Source: Moniliella sp. 'wahieum' (taxonomy: Eukaryota). Taken from it: DNA of 64,000 bases. The stretch spans positions 62,001 to 126,000 of the forward strand of contig RSEE01000042.1 of NCBI GenBank assembly GCA_003971905.1, given 5' to 3'. Positions within the stretch are counted from its first letter, which is position 1. The number at the start of each line of letters is the position of its first letter. Position numbers and translations under genes: made by a program. Shown one piece after another: positions 11,480 to 24,644 of the stretch. Below the pieces are notes generated by a model. It was given only the letters and a program-made list of their open reading frames with translations, had not been told where the DNA came from and made no database searches.

Positions 11480-14400
11480 CCTGTGTAGCCGAGTGAATTG
11501 ATCGAGAACGAAATGCTGTATTTGGTAATCTTGACACATCACCCACAGTTATCGCATGACAGCCTACTCTGTTTCCGTTCGAACGGGCGGCCATAACATT
11601 GAGAGTAGGTCAAGAAAAAAAAAGCACTGAGATCTCGCAGGCAGTTTTCTCTGAAATAGATTGTTTTGGCAGCAAACAGGTTGGTTTTCAGAGTGCGGCA
11701 ATGGCCATAAAGAGCACGTTTAACAAACTTTAACACCTGGATGGAGAGACAACAGGCAACATGTCAAAACAAAAATAAACAGAAAATGAAGCCGATTTAA
11801 GTGCAACGTGTACCCGCCATAGGCACGCAACAAGATCAATGTGTCCAGGAATGAACCAATGGACTTGGAGTGTGAGAACGAGCAAAAATCATTGCATTCA
11901 ATGTTACACACAGTTAGCCTTTTGCCTTTAGCCAACATCCGAATGTTTTTGATTCAAAGTAGGAGTATCATTCTCTGTAACTCTTCCGCCGAAACGGCGT
12001 GGCGGTCTCATCAGTTCAGACGGTTATCCTTCCGCATCCTGAGCAATGGTGATTTATTACCACCAGGCACTCAGTATGGCGGTGTAAACCATCGAGTAGT
12101 TTCCATGACACTCATATAGCGACAGGCCAACAACAGGATCTGAATGGAACATTTGTGATGGAAAGGAGCTCTTCAGTCTCCCTAGACGGCTACTGAAGTG
12201 ATCGATAACGATCGGCTACTCCCCTTAAATGTCATTGCTTATTTCAGGAACAATATCATGCTACGGTATGAGTACCCAGTCCATAATGATAGCAGCGTCT
12301 CAGTTAATGGCGATCTATTTACACTGAACTGCGGCAATTAGACAATTGCCCAAGTAGTTAAAGTCCCAGCAGGAACTGTTCCCTGGTAAGGGAAGGGATC
12401 GAGAAATATTAATGGTTGAATGCCCTGCACGGCGATGGGCGTCTAACCCATGTTTCTTCTCCACTTTGTATTGAGCAGCCCAATACAATTTTGTCACTGT
12501 ATCATTACTGAATCCGTTTCGTAATGCTACTGTGACTTGGAAGTCACATTGCGGCCACGAGAGGGAAGCGGCATATCCTCTGAGAACATTTACTAGTTTT
12601 TCAACTGTTTGACTCGCAAGTACTTATAATCGTACCCGCAGTAGACATCGCAACAACTCCCCACTCGATGGACTATTCAGCAATGATCAATCCCTTTTCG
12701 TTCTGCGGAGGCACCAACTTCCTTTGGTATCCGCCGCTGTGTTGCCAAGAAAGGTGTATGGCTCGGTGGGTATATAGCTCTCCATGGCCATATCTAGAAA
12801 GTGATGACAAATTCTTTCTGGTATCTCCTCAAGACTAGTTTCATATTGTTTGCTCAACCATTAGTCTAGCCTTCGTATAGTTAGATGGAAGGATAACTGA
12901 ACACCCAATTGGTGGAAACAAGACCGTCGTCCACATTTTATCTCTTCCCCACGGAATGATGTCTAACCCTTGTGCGTGCCCTAGAAACAATGATCCTACT
13001 TGGGAGGTTGTAGGAATAGTATATCGCTACGGTGGCAAATATAATGACCAGGGACAAAAAATTAGTTACCGGGCCCCGCTCTTTCTGCAATGAAAAACGG
13101 GTGTCGGTTAGAGAGGTCAGTTTGGGAGCAGTGTGGCGTTCTCCAGCCCCCAACTCTGTAAACCATAACAATGCACCAGTAGATGGATTAATGAGGCATA
13201 GAATGTCGTACCGTCCATTCATCCGATATACCATTGAATGATGTATAATGTATCCACTTTTGTCTGAGGTTTACCACTGTCGCCGTAGAGTCGTTGAAGC
13301 AAAATTTGACTGGGGCACTCGAAACTTCGATCATTAAACACAAGTAGTGGTAAAGAAACAGTATTTTTGGTCCATAACTTACCGACTGGCAAGAGCAGCG
13401 ATAACGCTGCGAAAATAATGACCCGGCACGCGAAAGTTCTGCTATCCTGAAAAGGCAAACAGCGTTGTTCTGCACTAATGGTGTCAGCCTCTGTGACATC
13501 CCCTAGGACCGCGCGGACCCGAGTCACGTGAGTCGGCTTTCATTCCTTCCGAGCTCGCACCAGTCTTCTAGACGAGTCAGTCGCAGAAGCTTCTTAGTCC
13601 AATACGACGTTCAGTGCTCACATTCTGTGGTAGTAGCGAGGCCGACAGCCTCACTCCTCTCCTACATCAATATTTGCTTAACGAACCTCAATTATGGGGT
13701 TTATGTTCGTGATTGGGAATCATGGGTAGGATATTCATCAAGAGTTACTAGTGGAGCATTGTGGCGTACTTCCATTCGCCTTCCGTCTCCATACATGGTT
13801 GTGAAAAACATTGATGATGAGCACGTGTTCCCTTGAATGTAGGGTTATCGTTATTGGAGTAAAAGGTGAAACACCCACCGATGGATACGTCCTGCTCTAT
13901 TGATGTTGCTGGGATGGATGCTAATGGAAACGCGCGATATAAGGAGAGGGGTGCGTTCGGGTTAAGATGTTGAAAGTGAATCAGATCCAACAAAAGACTA
14001 TCAATCACCATCGTGGCTTTGTTTTGGTTTCTCGATGGCAATTATCGCTTCCAAAGTAATTTCCAAACTTAACAGAGACAAGCAACCGCGGGGCATATCG
14101 ATTTTGATCGTCTGGACCATCCTTCCCTTTTTCAAACCCCATTCAAGTGAGTAGTTGAATTCCAAACAGTTCGGTCGCCTGTATTTGCAGCGTTTCGTTT
14201 TCAAACTGGATCAATAGGTTACAGCGCCTAAATGCAGCAAGGACCTCTGGAGCTCGTAGAGAGGGGGGCGCAATTGCCAAATTAAAAGAAGGAGAGAAAC
14301 CTGTTGGGGTACCCGCTGGGGTCCCGAAATCCTCCGGGGCGTGGATTCGAATACCACTCTCGTCTCCATGTGGCAGCAGTGGAAGGCGCGCAGGGCAGGA

Positions 14401-14900
14401 GGTAGAAATGGGGTGGATGGAATCCGGGGAAAGGCAGCCGAGAGGCGCAACCGGAAGTGGGTGGAACAGAGGGCTAGACGGAGTCGCCTCGCAAAAAAGC
14501 CCTACTATTAATATTCCTGACCAAAAGGCACTGTATGTCGTGTTGAGAGGCCTCCTCTTCACAGTCGTGTCTGCACGCGTAAAGAAGAGACAGCCACCCT
14601 TCGCTCAAGGGCATCCCCTCACCACACGGCCGATGCCTTTGTGCCCATCATGCATCATCCTTTCCAAACTCATTGCTTTTTGGTACCCACCTCTCTGTCG
14701 ACGGAAAGCTCTGGCAGGATTGGTCCACTCCTGACAATCTTGTTACTCATTTCTTCGGAACAGGCCGTTTTATGATGAACGTATGCGCGATGGATGACTC
14801 TAGCTCCTATGCCCCGGCGTTCTGACCCCATTGTTCCTCTCCTCTTTCCTCAGATGGAAATATCCTTTTTATAAGGCTGACCTGAAGACGTTGAACGTTA
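11480..14900. other. Low-GC island with fragmentary, stop-interrupted exon/intron-like structure (possible gene relic)
   Basis: Visibly more AT-rich than the flanks, no ORF above ~140 aa; one textbook plus-strand intron 12386-12478 (GTAAGG...CTAAC...CAG) whose upstream exon frame contains a stop. Confidence 0.3.
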
Positions 14901-14988
14901 AAGTGTGTAAAAGGAGGGCACCTTCCAGCGAGATCGAATTCACAAAAAGTGGAGTGAGATGCAAGTGAAATAGCCAAATAGAGCCACA

Positions 14989-15869
14989 TGTCACTGGGCC
15001 CCGCCAGGGGCTCCCCAGGTTTGTGGGGTACAATACCTTTGGGACGGCAGGACGACTCACGGTAGTTTCTGGCTTGGGCTAGTTGGTGTATCCGAGCAGA
15101 GCTAATAGGGGCGAGGAGAGGAGGCCTTTAGTGTCAAGCCGAGGCGCGGCTGCATGGTGGCAAGGTTGCGTCTTATGATCGTAGTAACGTGTCTGAAGCG
15201 TGTCTGAAGAGCCTCCGGGCTTAGGGATGGGTAGAGGCAGGGGAGGACACACACCACCAGAACTGAGTCTGGTCAGGGGCGACTGGCGACGTGGCTGGAA
15301 AGGATCCCACGTGATAAGCTGGTACGGGGAATGGACGCGGCTGTGAAAGAAGGCTCGCGCTACTGTGGGCGGGTAGAAAGCTGGAGACGAGGCTGGAAGA
15401 TGAGGAGGAGGCTAAGTGGAGACGAGGCTGCTGCACTGGATTAATTCGCTGGAAACCGGGCATGAGTTGGACAGGGAAGGCGGGAAGGAACGAGAATGGA
15501 AGGTAGGGAAAAGGACACGCACCACCCAGCGGTACAGGCTTGTTCAAAGGGAAACGGATACAATAGGGTATAGAAAGGAAACATGTCAAAAGAGGGGTTG
15601 GTTGCCGCAGGTACAAAACGGAGAAAGGAAAGGAAGTGGTGACGGGGCGACCCGGAAACTTGGTGGCCTCTTTAGGCCATGCGAATTGGACTTGGACGCG
15701 GGCAACTATTGTCGCGCAGATGCGTATGGCACCTCGGGCCACCGTACATGGTTTAACACAACCATCATACTTGGTTGGACTTCGGAGCGTGCTCTACTGG
15801 GTATATGCAGAGAAGGCGGGCCTTATCTTGGGTCAACAGACCATCTTAGAACCAAGGCAGCCCGTAACA
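14989..15869 (-). repeat. LTR copy B, diverged relative of 9693-10554
   Basis: TGTCAC...CCGTAACA ends; shares blocks such as GGGGTACAAT, GGTAGTTTC.GGCTTGGGCT, AGTAACGTGTCTGAAGC, CTCGGGCCACCGTAC and CTTGGGTC with copy A. Confidence 0.75.
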
Positions 15870-18039
15870 CAGCAGTGCTATCGATGCTTACCAAGGATGA
15901 GACCCTTGCTTGCGCGACTCCCACAAAAAATGAGCTCAACTATCGTATTATTGACACCTCCCTGCCACTTCTTCTTTGCTTTGGGCAGTGGGCAATAAGC
16001 CCGTCGGGATCTTATTCTTGATCGCAAGCGCCTGCTTCCTTCCATCGGGCGCCGGGGTACGATGATGAATCAGGAATGAAGGACTTGTAAGCGTCCACGA
16101 AAGACACAAGCAAACCCTTTCACGCCGCGAACGTCTGGCTCACCTCCAACTGGGGAACCAGACGTCTATTCCTTATGCTCATGCCGTTCCGCTGTGTGCC
16201 TTGTCGGCCTCGTATCCGGAGAGAGAGTCGACCGTTCGTTCTGAACCAGCGCTCCTTATCGGCTCATATGGAACGCGTCAGTATCGGATTGCAGTCCTTG
16301 GTTTTTATAAAGAAGGTATATCGGCTTGTCCTTGAATTGACATGCTGCTACTACGGAACTTCATTGTCACATATGTGTGGACCACATGTCTCTGACTACA
16401 CCAAGCTCATCCCTTTACCCACGCATCATCCCTCTCATGGTCGGTGTGTGGGCACCTAACCCAGAACTGAGGAAAGCCCATTCGGGGGCACGTGGTGGCC
16501 TGCCCCGTTCACTGGGCGTACGCAGAGCTGCAGCGAATAGGGCGTGCAGCTGCTCCATTTGTCCGCTCCTGTGCGCATCACCAGAGTCCTCAACCGCCAC
16601 TTGCACGCGGGAAATATATAAACGTAAAAATGCTGCACGTTCATCTCGCCCAACACAGGCCAGTCCCTCCATTTCTTCCCCCGTCGGAGGCGGTCAAGCG
16701 ACCTCCCCGCCCGAGGGAGTGCGAGCGGAGAAGCAGGAAAGTCTTATGAAAAGATCGCGATCTGGCAACTCGACTGTCTTCGTTCTCCTCTTTTTGTCAG
16801 GTCAAGGCTCACTGAGAGAGGCTTCATTTCAAGAGGATATCGAGCTGTATCCGAATGGGGTTGTACGGCTGGACCGAGGTTGCGTGCAGACGACATGGTG
16901 GGCGGTGGACGTTCATGGTTCTTCACAGATTACCTTTATACATCTTTTATCGCCCTTTTATTGACTCCTTTTTCTGTCCTTCCTTTGTCCTTTGCCGTTC
17001 TAACGCTTGGCTCTCTTCATTTCTCAAAGGATTGTTAGTCTTCCACATGTTCTTATTTTGCCTCGTCACAGGACATCAGGGCTGCACGGCCCTCCAACAC
17101 TTTATACGTCACGCTTACGGTGACGCCTCACGCCGGCTCTTCAGGCATCTTTCTTTCTTCTCGCGAATCTGGCTGGCGGTGTGGGTAGTTGGACCAGGCC
17201 GTCCTCTGTGCAGTTCCCGTATGCACGCCCGTGTCCGCGTTTCCTTCCTCTTCCCCTCGCCGTTTGCCGTATCCGTGTCGTGATGGGGTTGGGGGTTGAT
17301 GCATCAACAGTGCCAATAAGGCAATGAGCTTATATCACGCATCAGATGCCGACGCCGCCGAGGTCCGTGAGCACCTTTTGCAGCTACTGCTCCGACCCAC
17401 GCCCTGTGTGTAGATCACTGATGCCCCTCTCCTTGGCTGAGTGAAGAACAAAGCACAGGCCATGTGCTACTCAAAGCCTCCCAGATGTTCCTCCTGTGAG
17501 AACTACATTCTCCTTCCGCTTTCGCTACCGGATGGCTTGCCCAGTTTGAGCCGTTGATCAGAGCAAGCGCTGGGCGAGAGTACCAAAGCTGATAAGAGCC
17601 AGCCCCCTCATACGTAGCGTAGCTAACAAACTGATCCGTGCGACCAATAGCGGCATTAAGCAGAGTGATCTTCAGCTTCCACGTACCTTCAACATGGCAG
17701 GGGCGGCCTTAAGCGCCTTAGCGTTTTTTTTTTTCATTTTTTTACTCCTATCCTCAATCCTGCCGCTTCTACTACCAACGCCCCGCTTAGCCCACCTGTA
17801 ATGCATAAGCTTTGCTACGACTACCTCCTCTACAGAAGCCGTATTCGACAAGCTAGGCCCGCGATGCGGCTGCCCGGGGCAGAAAACACACGGACGGTTT
17901 ATTAGCCTAAGAATCAATCCTCTGGGAGAGGAAAGAAAGAATAGAGAACACTAGGGAATGGGAAAAGTGCCATTGTGGTTTGCTCACAACGCGGTTGAGC
18001 GGGGATCATGAATAATGGGGGAAAGAGCCCACCGGGCAC

Positions 18040-19227
18040 TCACCAAGCGTTGTGGCCACCGTCAATCACCACGTCGCTGCCCGTGCAGAACGACGAGGCC
18101 TCCGAGGCCAAAAAGACGGCAATGCCCTTATACTCATGCGGGCGTCCAATGCCCCATCGGTTGCCGCCCGTCCATGTTACCCAAAATGCTGGGTTGGTCG
18201 TGATGAGTTGGTTGAGCATGGCCGTGCCACGTACCCTGGGCTGACGAGTTGACGCGAATCTTGTACGGTCCCCATTCGCAGGCCAAGTTGCGCACCAACT
18301 GGCCACGGCGGCCTTGGATGCATTGTATGCGCACGAGTACACGCCCCGGTTCGCCACACGGCCCGACATGGAGGCAATCACCATAATCGACGACGACTTT
18401 CCGTGGGGGCCATGATGCGGGCGGCAGTTGGCAGGTAATAAACGTGCCCGTCACATTGATCCGTTGCATCTTTTCAAAGTCCTCGTGCGGGTAATCAAAC
18501 GCTGGAACCTCCTGTTGCGTAGCAGCACAGGCAAGCGACCGGAGCAACTTGGCGGCTTGTCGCTCGCCGCCGCATCGGCTTCAATCTCCTCTTCAATGCC
18601 ACCAAACAACCTCGGCCACTTGTGCGGAATGGGTAATGTCCATCTGGCGGTAGGCCACCTTGACACCCAACTTGTCCGCCTTGTTTTTAAGCGCCTTCCA
18701 CTCGTCCTCCGAGGGCTTGTCCAAAATATCGACACAGTATACGTCGGCTCCGGCCTCGGCCATCGCGGCCGCTAGCGTAATGCCCAAGCCACGTGCGCCA
18801 CCAGTCACTGCATAGATGGAGAGAAAGTCAGTGGTAACCCATTGAATGCTACCCAAAACGCGAAAGAGGGAACGTACCGATAGCCGAGCGGCCGCGCAAG
18901 GAAAGAGAGTAAAGATCTCGGGCTCATTGGTAATTGCCTCGGAAACCACCTGAGAGGGAGCCTTGAGCATGTCGAGCGACTCGCGGTTGAACGTTCCTCG
19001 ACAAACGACTTGGAGCGTTCCTTGGACTGGGGGGGCAAGCCGCGGTCCAGTGCATGGAGCGGGCTGGCCGGGCGGGTGGCAAGGGCAATGGGCGCATCGC
19101 CATAGATATCGCTTGGGCGGCGACCCGAGGAGCCATGGCTGCTGCGCCGGGCGGTGGTCTCGGCGGCAGTGTTGGGGTCGTCGAGGGACGTGAGGGAGAG
19201 GCCTTGCGCAAGACGGTTGCCAGACAT
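18040..19227 (-). CDS. Short-chain dehydrogenase/reductase, D-arabinitol 2-dehydrogenase / sorbose reductase-like
   Basis: AIVTGGARGLG (across intron 18877-18808), ASMSG, YNASK catalytic motif, IRVNS, C-terminal LASEASSFCTGSDVVIDGGHNAW; TATAAAAA at 19292-19285. Confidence 0.92.
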
Positions 19228-21849
19228 GATGGAGGAGGCGGATGCGGATGGGGGAGGGCGACGGGAGGGAGGATGCGGGGGAGGTTTTTATAAGCGGAGG
19301 CCAGCGCAGGGCGGTGGGTTGGGGGTGGCGGGAGAGTGCCCCCGTGCGGGGGCTGGGGAGGGCCCAACGCACGGGTGTGGGGCGGCTGGGGGGGCGTGCG
19401 TGTGGCCTGGCGGCCGGGGCAGCAGGCCCCATCGGGAGACAGACCCGCACCTGCTGTTGGCTGCCTCTGCCGGCCGGCGGTGGTCGTGCGCAGCGGCGCT
19501 GAGCCCAGGCGCTCAGGCCAGCACGCCGGATGGGGGAAGCGCCGGGGAGCACAGGCACGGGGGCGGCGCAGGCGCGAGAGAGGCAGCCTGGGCAGGCCAA
19601 GCAGACACGCGCCGGCAAGAGCGTGTGCGGCGGCAGGGCAGTCTGAGGTGGCCAGCTCTGGCGTGGCACGGTGAACGCCGAACTCTTTCGGCCGCCGGTC
19701 TGGCCTCTCTGGCGTGGATGAATGACTGACTATTGGACGGAGGGATGGATGGATGAGTATGAGTACTGCGTGGCTGATTGGCGCGCTTTGGTCCGTGCGC
19801 GCCGCCACGCCCACCGGTGACCGGAGCAGATGACCGCCTGCGCCGCTTGGGGACTGGGGAGGCTAGGGAGCGCCGAGCTCCCATTCGAGACCGCCCACGG
19901 TGGCTGCTCCTCCGTGGCCGGGGGTTGGGGGGGAGCCCGTTGTACCCGCACAGCGCCAGTGGCGTCCCTCACGCCCCCCCCCGCCGGGAGAAAAAGTCAG
20001 CTGAATTACGATCGTCAGCCAGCCTTCTGGCCAGCCCAGGCCTGCCGCCCATCAACCCCGCCCCCGCATTTCGGCCCCCGCATTTCGTCCCCCGCACCCC
20101 GCCATCGCCGCCTCCGCCCCTGCCGCGCCCCGCTACGCCCTCTCTCGTCCGCGGGGCCGCCGCGGCGTTTGGCTTGCGACAGCCCCGATGATCAAGCGTG
20201 GCTTCCACTGATTGATGGTGCTGTGCGACATGTCGCCACGCCCCGCCGACACGGTCACGATGCACCCACGGAGCGACTAGGCAAGACTGATAGCAGTACT
20301 GCTATAGCGCCTGGCACGGACCCAGTATGGGTGATGCATGATGACTACGGAGTGGTGAATGGCGTGGACGAAGACGACTGGCCTCTGGCGTCGCAACACA
20401 CGGTGGCCCTGCACACAACACCAGCCGCACTCACCAGCTCCTGCTGTGTCTACAGCCCACAAGCCACCCCCGCGCCCTCTCAGCCCGGCCTGCCAGGGTC
20501 TCCCCCCCCCTCTCTGCTCCTGCCTCTCCACCTGTTCACCTGCCCCTCACCACCGCCACCGGCTTCCCAACGTCCAGCATTCGTCTGCCCTTCCACTCCG
20601 CTCTCAGATATCAGGAGGCCTCAGGTGGTTCAACGTTCAACGTTCACAGAAATCCGGATCTCTAAAACCAAGGTAGAGAGGTACCTGCCGCCTGGTACAG
20701 CCCTCGTAGCTGTAACCAATGATTTGTCTTCCGATTGGAATAAAAAAAAGGTGGCGGCGCACATGTGGGGCCCCAGAGCGACGCACGTGGCGACACACTG
20801 CCCCCCTCCCCGCTCCGACGGACGGAGAAGCGGCCCCGCGGCCCCAATCCTCATCGATCATCCTTCCCCATCCAAAACAGTGGTCCTGGAATCAAATCTT
20901 CCCACATTCCCCTTCCCGACCCATTGCATACCCCCTCCCCTTTTCTCTTCCTTACTGTACCTTGATCAGCCTGAGAATGCGGTGCTGGTGCAGTGACCAC
21001 ATCACTGGCCCCGAAGCGCCCTGAGCCGCTCAACACGCGCTCAGCGCTCAGCGCCTCAGCCCGCTCCATTTCCGGGCTGCGACTTTGATTCACACACTTC
21101 TTAGCTCAGACTGAGCCTCAGCGCTGACTCGCCGAAGGGTAAACGCTCTGCTCTCCGGCTAAACCATCACGAAGAGCACCCACTCATTCCCGATTCGCCT
21201 TCTTCTCTTCTCCAATGCAAAAACTGTGTAGCTCTGTTTCCAGCCCTCCTCTCACGCTTGAATTCGAGTGTAAATCGAACAAAAAGCGTATAAGCCCCCG
21301 TAAAAGCGTGTAAGCGGTAACCCCCTAAGTTACGGTCAACCAGCAACTTGGGCTCCCAGTAGACCCTCCTCGTCACGCACATCAGGGGGCAGATCGGATC
21401 TACTCTGTGTCACATGTCACATCTCAGATCGCTGACTCTCACTAGCGGTCCACCCGGCTGTGCTATACATATCATCATCATCACCTCATCGACCTTAGGC
21501 CTCATCGATCATCATTGCTTCCGATCTCAGATGTCAGAGATCCCATCGCCACGATGCATGAACGCCAGCTGCGCTTCAGTTCAGCAGCCTTACTAAAGCT
21601 TCGAGCTCCGCGCTAGCTTCAAGCTCTTCGAGAGCCTCATAGATGTCGCGACAGTGTCAAAAAGCTTGAAGCGTGTTGCAAGCGGCCGTCAAGCTTCATG
21701 TTTCAAAGGTACGGTTCAAGCTTCCGCCATCCACCACAGGAGTTCTACTCTGCATCCATATTGTTGACAGAGCTTAAGGCTGGGACAGGGGAAACACTAC
21801 GTCTAAACCGAACTGTTCATCTTGCGGGGGTTACTAAGCGCCACCAAGG

Positions 21850-23580
21850 TTAATGAACCAGGGGGATCGCCAGGATATCAGGACCCTCAGGTTCTCGCCA
21901 TCCGGTCCCGTAATACCCTACTAGGTAGCGCGTGTGGACATGGATGAACGTGGTTGACATCCGAGCGAGGAACCATTTCCATTGAGACTGAGTAGCCAAA
22001 TCCTTCCAATGCGCAAACATCTTGCCCGCCAGTGTCTTGGTGCCGTAGTATCCTCGCGTCTCGTCAAAACCATGGGGAAAAACGGCTCTTGAGTGTATCC
22101 CTGGTACTTGGCGTTCTTGTCGCATTCTGCTTGTTCCAGCAGCCGAAGCAGCTCCTTCGCCCGGCGTTCCAAAGGCGTCGCAGTGCTCTCATGTACCACT
22201 CTCCGGTACGCGCTCTGCGCCTCCAGCGTTCCCGTGTCGCGCAGCGTTTGGTCCACTTCCATTCCGGATCCTCCAATTGCTCCGGGCCCCATCACACGGT
22301 AGTCGGTGCGCAGTGCCCTCCGCTCGCGCCTCGACCCCTCCTCTTCCTCCAAAGTAGGTTCGTTGCGGAAGTAGGTGTCGGGAATGGAGCGCACGAGCTG
22401 GAGAATGGGCTCCCGCCCTGTCTCATGCAACGCACTAAACTTGGCCTGGGAGCGGGTACACATCATGATGTGCTCCAGCGAAGACATGACGCCGCACTTG
22501 CGCATCTGCGCGTGGAGCGGCCCAGGTTGCGGAGCAGGAGACCAACCTGAATCTGCTGGTCAGAGTGTTTGAGGCACGGGACGGACGGAATGGCGGAGAG
22601 CCAGTTGTGGCTCAGCGGGTTGCTGTGCTCAACCACATGGCGGCCATCGTCAGCGTCCAGCTTCTGGAGCAGCTTCTGTCGACTCTGCTCCCACATTGCC
22701 CGGCAGCGCTGGCGTTGCTTCGTAAATGCGTTGGTCGTAGCCGTTTGCGGTCCCGACCGGTCAACATAGGTGGTAATAAGAAAGTCGTTGACCTCATTGG
22801 GCGCGGCGCGGGCGTGGGGCGCAGTATACGAGTAAAGCGGGCTGCCACATCCTCCTATCCGGAGAGGCAGGCTCATGAGCATGTCAAAGTGGTCCTCCTT
22901 GGCACCTTGGGGGTCCTCGTCTCCCCGGATCCGTCTGAACTCCGTACAGATGAAGGCATCAATCTCCGCCAGCACATCGTCTAGCTCGCCCTCCATCTGC
23001 ATGGTGCGGAGCATGTGGTGCAGCTTGGTCTGAGTACTGTACCGCCATAGTAAAAGCCGTCCCTGGCGGGTGATGATGACATCAAACTTGGGCATGTTCT
23101 CTCTAAAGCTGGCCATTGGTCCCGGAGCCACGATCGACGACAATCTACCCCTTCACAGAAGTGCCCAGAACCTGCAGATCATCCTCCCGAATCTGGTCCC
23201 GGTCCCGCTCGGTAGGAGGGAGATTGCTTCGGATGCCGACAGGTATTCATTCAGGCTGCATGGAATGGCGCCTTATATACCAAGGAGAAGGAGAAGCTAT
23301 CACACGGTAGACCACGCGTGATGAGGGGAAAGAGACACAAAAGGGGTCAAGGAAAATCTAGAACAAGGATCATACCCACATCCTGTGGGAACGTGTGTGT
23401 GATCCGTCACGCTCGACGCACTTGCGCAGGTTGAGCGTGAGGCCCGACTCGTCGTCTTCCAAAATCTCCGCAGCTAGGCTGGTAATGCCTGGTCCTGGAC
23501 CGAAAATCGTAATGTCGTCCAGGTACGCCGTCACCAGAGTTCTACCATAGGGCCGGAATGCATCGTTGAGGACGACTGAA
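21850..23580 (-). mobile_element. 5'-truncated, degenerate non-LTR retrotransposon of the CRE/Cnl1-like (RLE) group
   Basis: RT motif VTAYLDDITIFG (~23535-23500), GLTLNLRKC, LQVLGT, LMSLPLRIGGCG; C-terminal degenerate knuckle (RKCG..EHIMMC) followed by RTDYRV...D and FFPMVLT, typical of a restriction-like endonuclease domain. Confidence 0.8.
23211..23409. mobile_element. 199-bp solo-LTR-like insertion inside the non-LTR RT frame
   Basis: Flanked by a perfect 5-bp TSD CGCTC (23206-23210 and 23410-23414); ends GG...CA (near TG...CA); removing it restores KCVERDRDQIREDDLQVLGT. Confidence 0.8.
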
Positions 23581-24644
23581 GATCGAGAGAACTAAGGAAT
23601 AGAAGACTGACTATCCTTTTCAGAGTCACTGAAGCATCAAGGTCATTAACAGGTCTCAACTTAAAGAATGGAGCTGTTACGGGCCGCGTTTTTGGATCCA
23701 AGGTGGTCTGATCCAAGCGAAAGTCCGCCTGCTCTACACATGCCCACTGGTATTATAGAGCGCGCTCCGCAGTCCAACCAAGTGTTCTGCCCTCTTGTCA
23801 GCCGCAAGCAAGCCGACTGCATGCATGGGCTTCATGCTTCATGCCCCATTCCTCCATGAACGAAACAGCTAGCCCTGACCGCAGGAGCTGGATTGGCAGA
23901 TCAACGTCCAACCCGCCTGTCACTGACATTATTGTCATGCACCACTGATAGGAGAGGATGCGATGTAGTTCATTCTCATATCTTGGAAGGTCGCCACTCT
24001 TGGCCCATCGATGGATCGGGAGTGAAAAGTGACTAGTGACTAGTGAAATGAGAGCCTATACTCTACGTAGAGTATACAAGCCCACCGCCCAAAATCCACA
24101 ACAAGTGAATGAAAGATAGGGGAGGTCCGGTGACCTATGTGTATCCCCAACCGGGGGAAGAACCCGAACCGTCCCCATGACATCAATCTTCGCACTCCTC
24201 AACTCTCAACTCTCAACTCTCAACTCCCGACTCTCAATATCTCAATCCTCATCCTCAACCATGCAAATGACCCATAGGTCCATAGGTCCATACCAAATGT
24301 CAAATCATGAATTCACGGTGGCATACCAAAAAAGCCCAGCCCGGGCCAAAAATCAAATAAGAATAAGCTTGAACGTACGTCTTGAACAGCACCACCCCAC
24401 ACGTCGAACCCGGAAGGGTGTGCTTGTGCGCACTACAAACCAACCAACCAACCAACACAGGTGAACGATGACGTCCCCTCCGCTCCGCTCCGCTCCACGA
24501 ACCATGGGCGCCGGTAGGACTGTTGGGTCAGGCGTTGAGTCCGGCATTGAGTGTGAGGCCTCACGCGCGCAAAAAGGGGGGCAAGAGGGACTTAGTTGGT
24601 GCCCTTCATCGTCGTCAAGCGCACCTGACTTTCCGGTACGGTGG

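Noticed and set aside
19300..21100. Long overlapping ORFs (e.g. 19830-20996, 50103-51074, antisense ORFs over real genes)
   Set aside because: Expected in very GC-rich promoter or antisense DNA; Pro/Arg/Ala-biased with no domain motifs.
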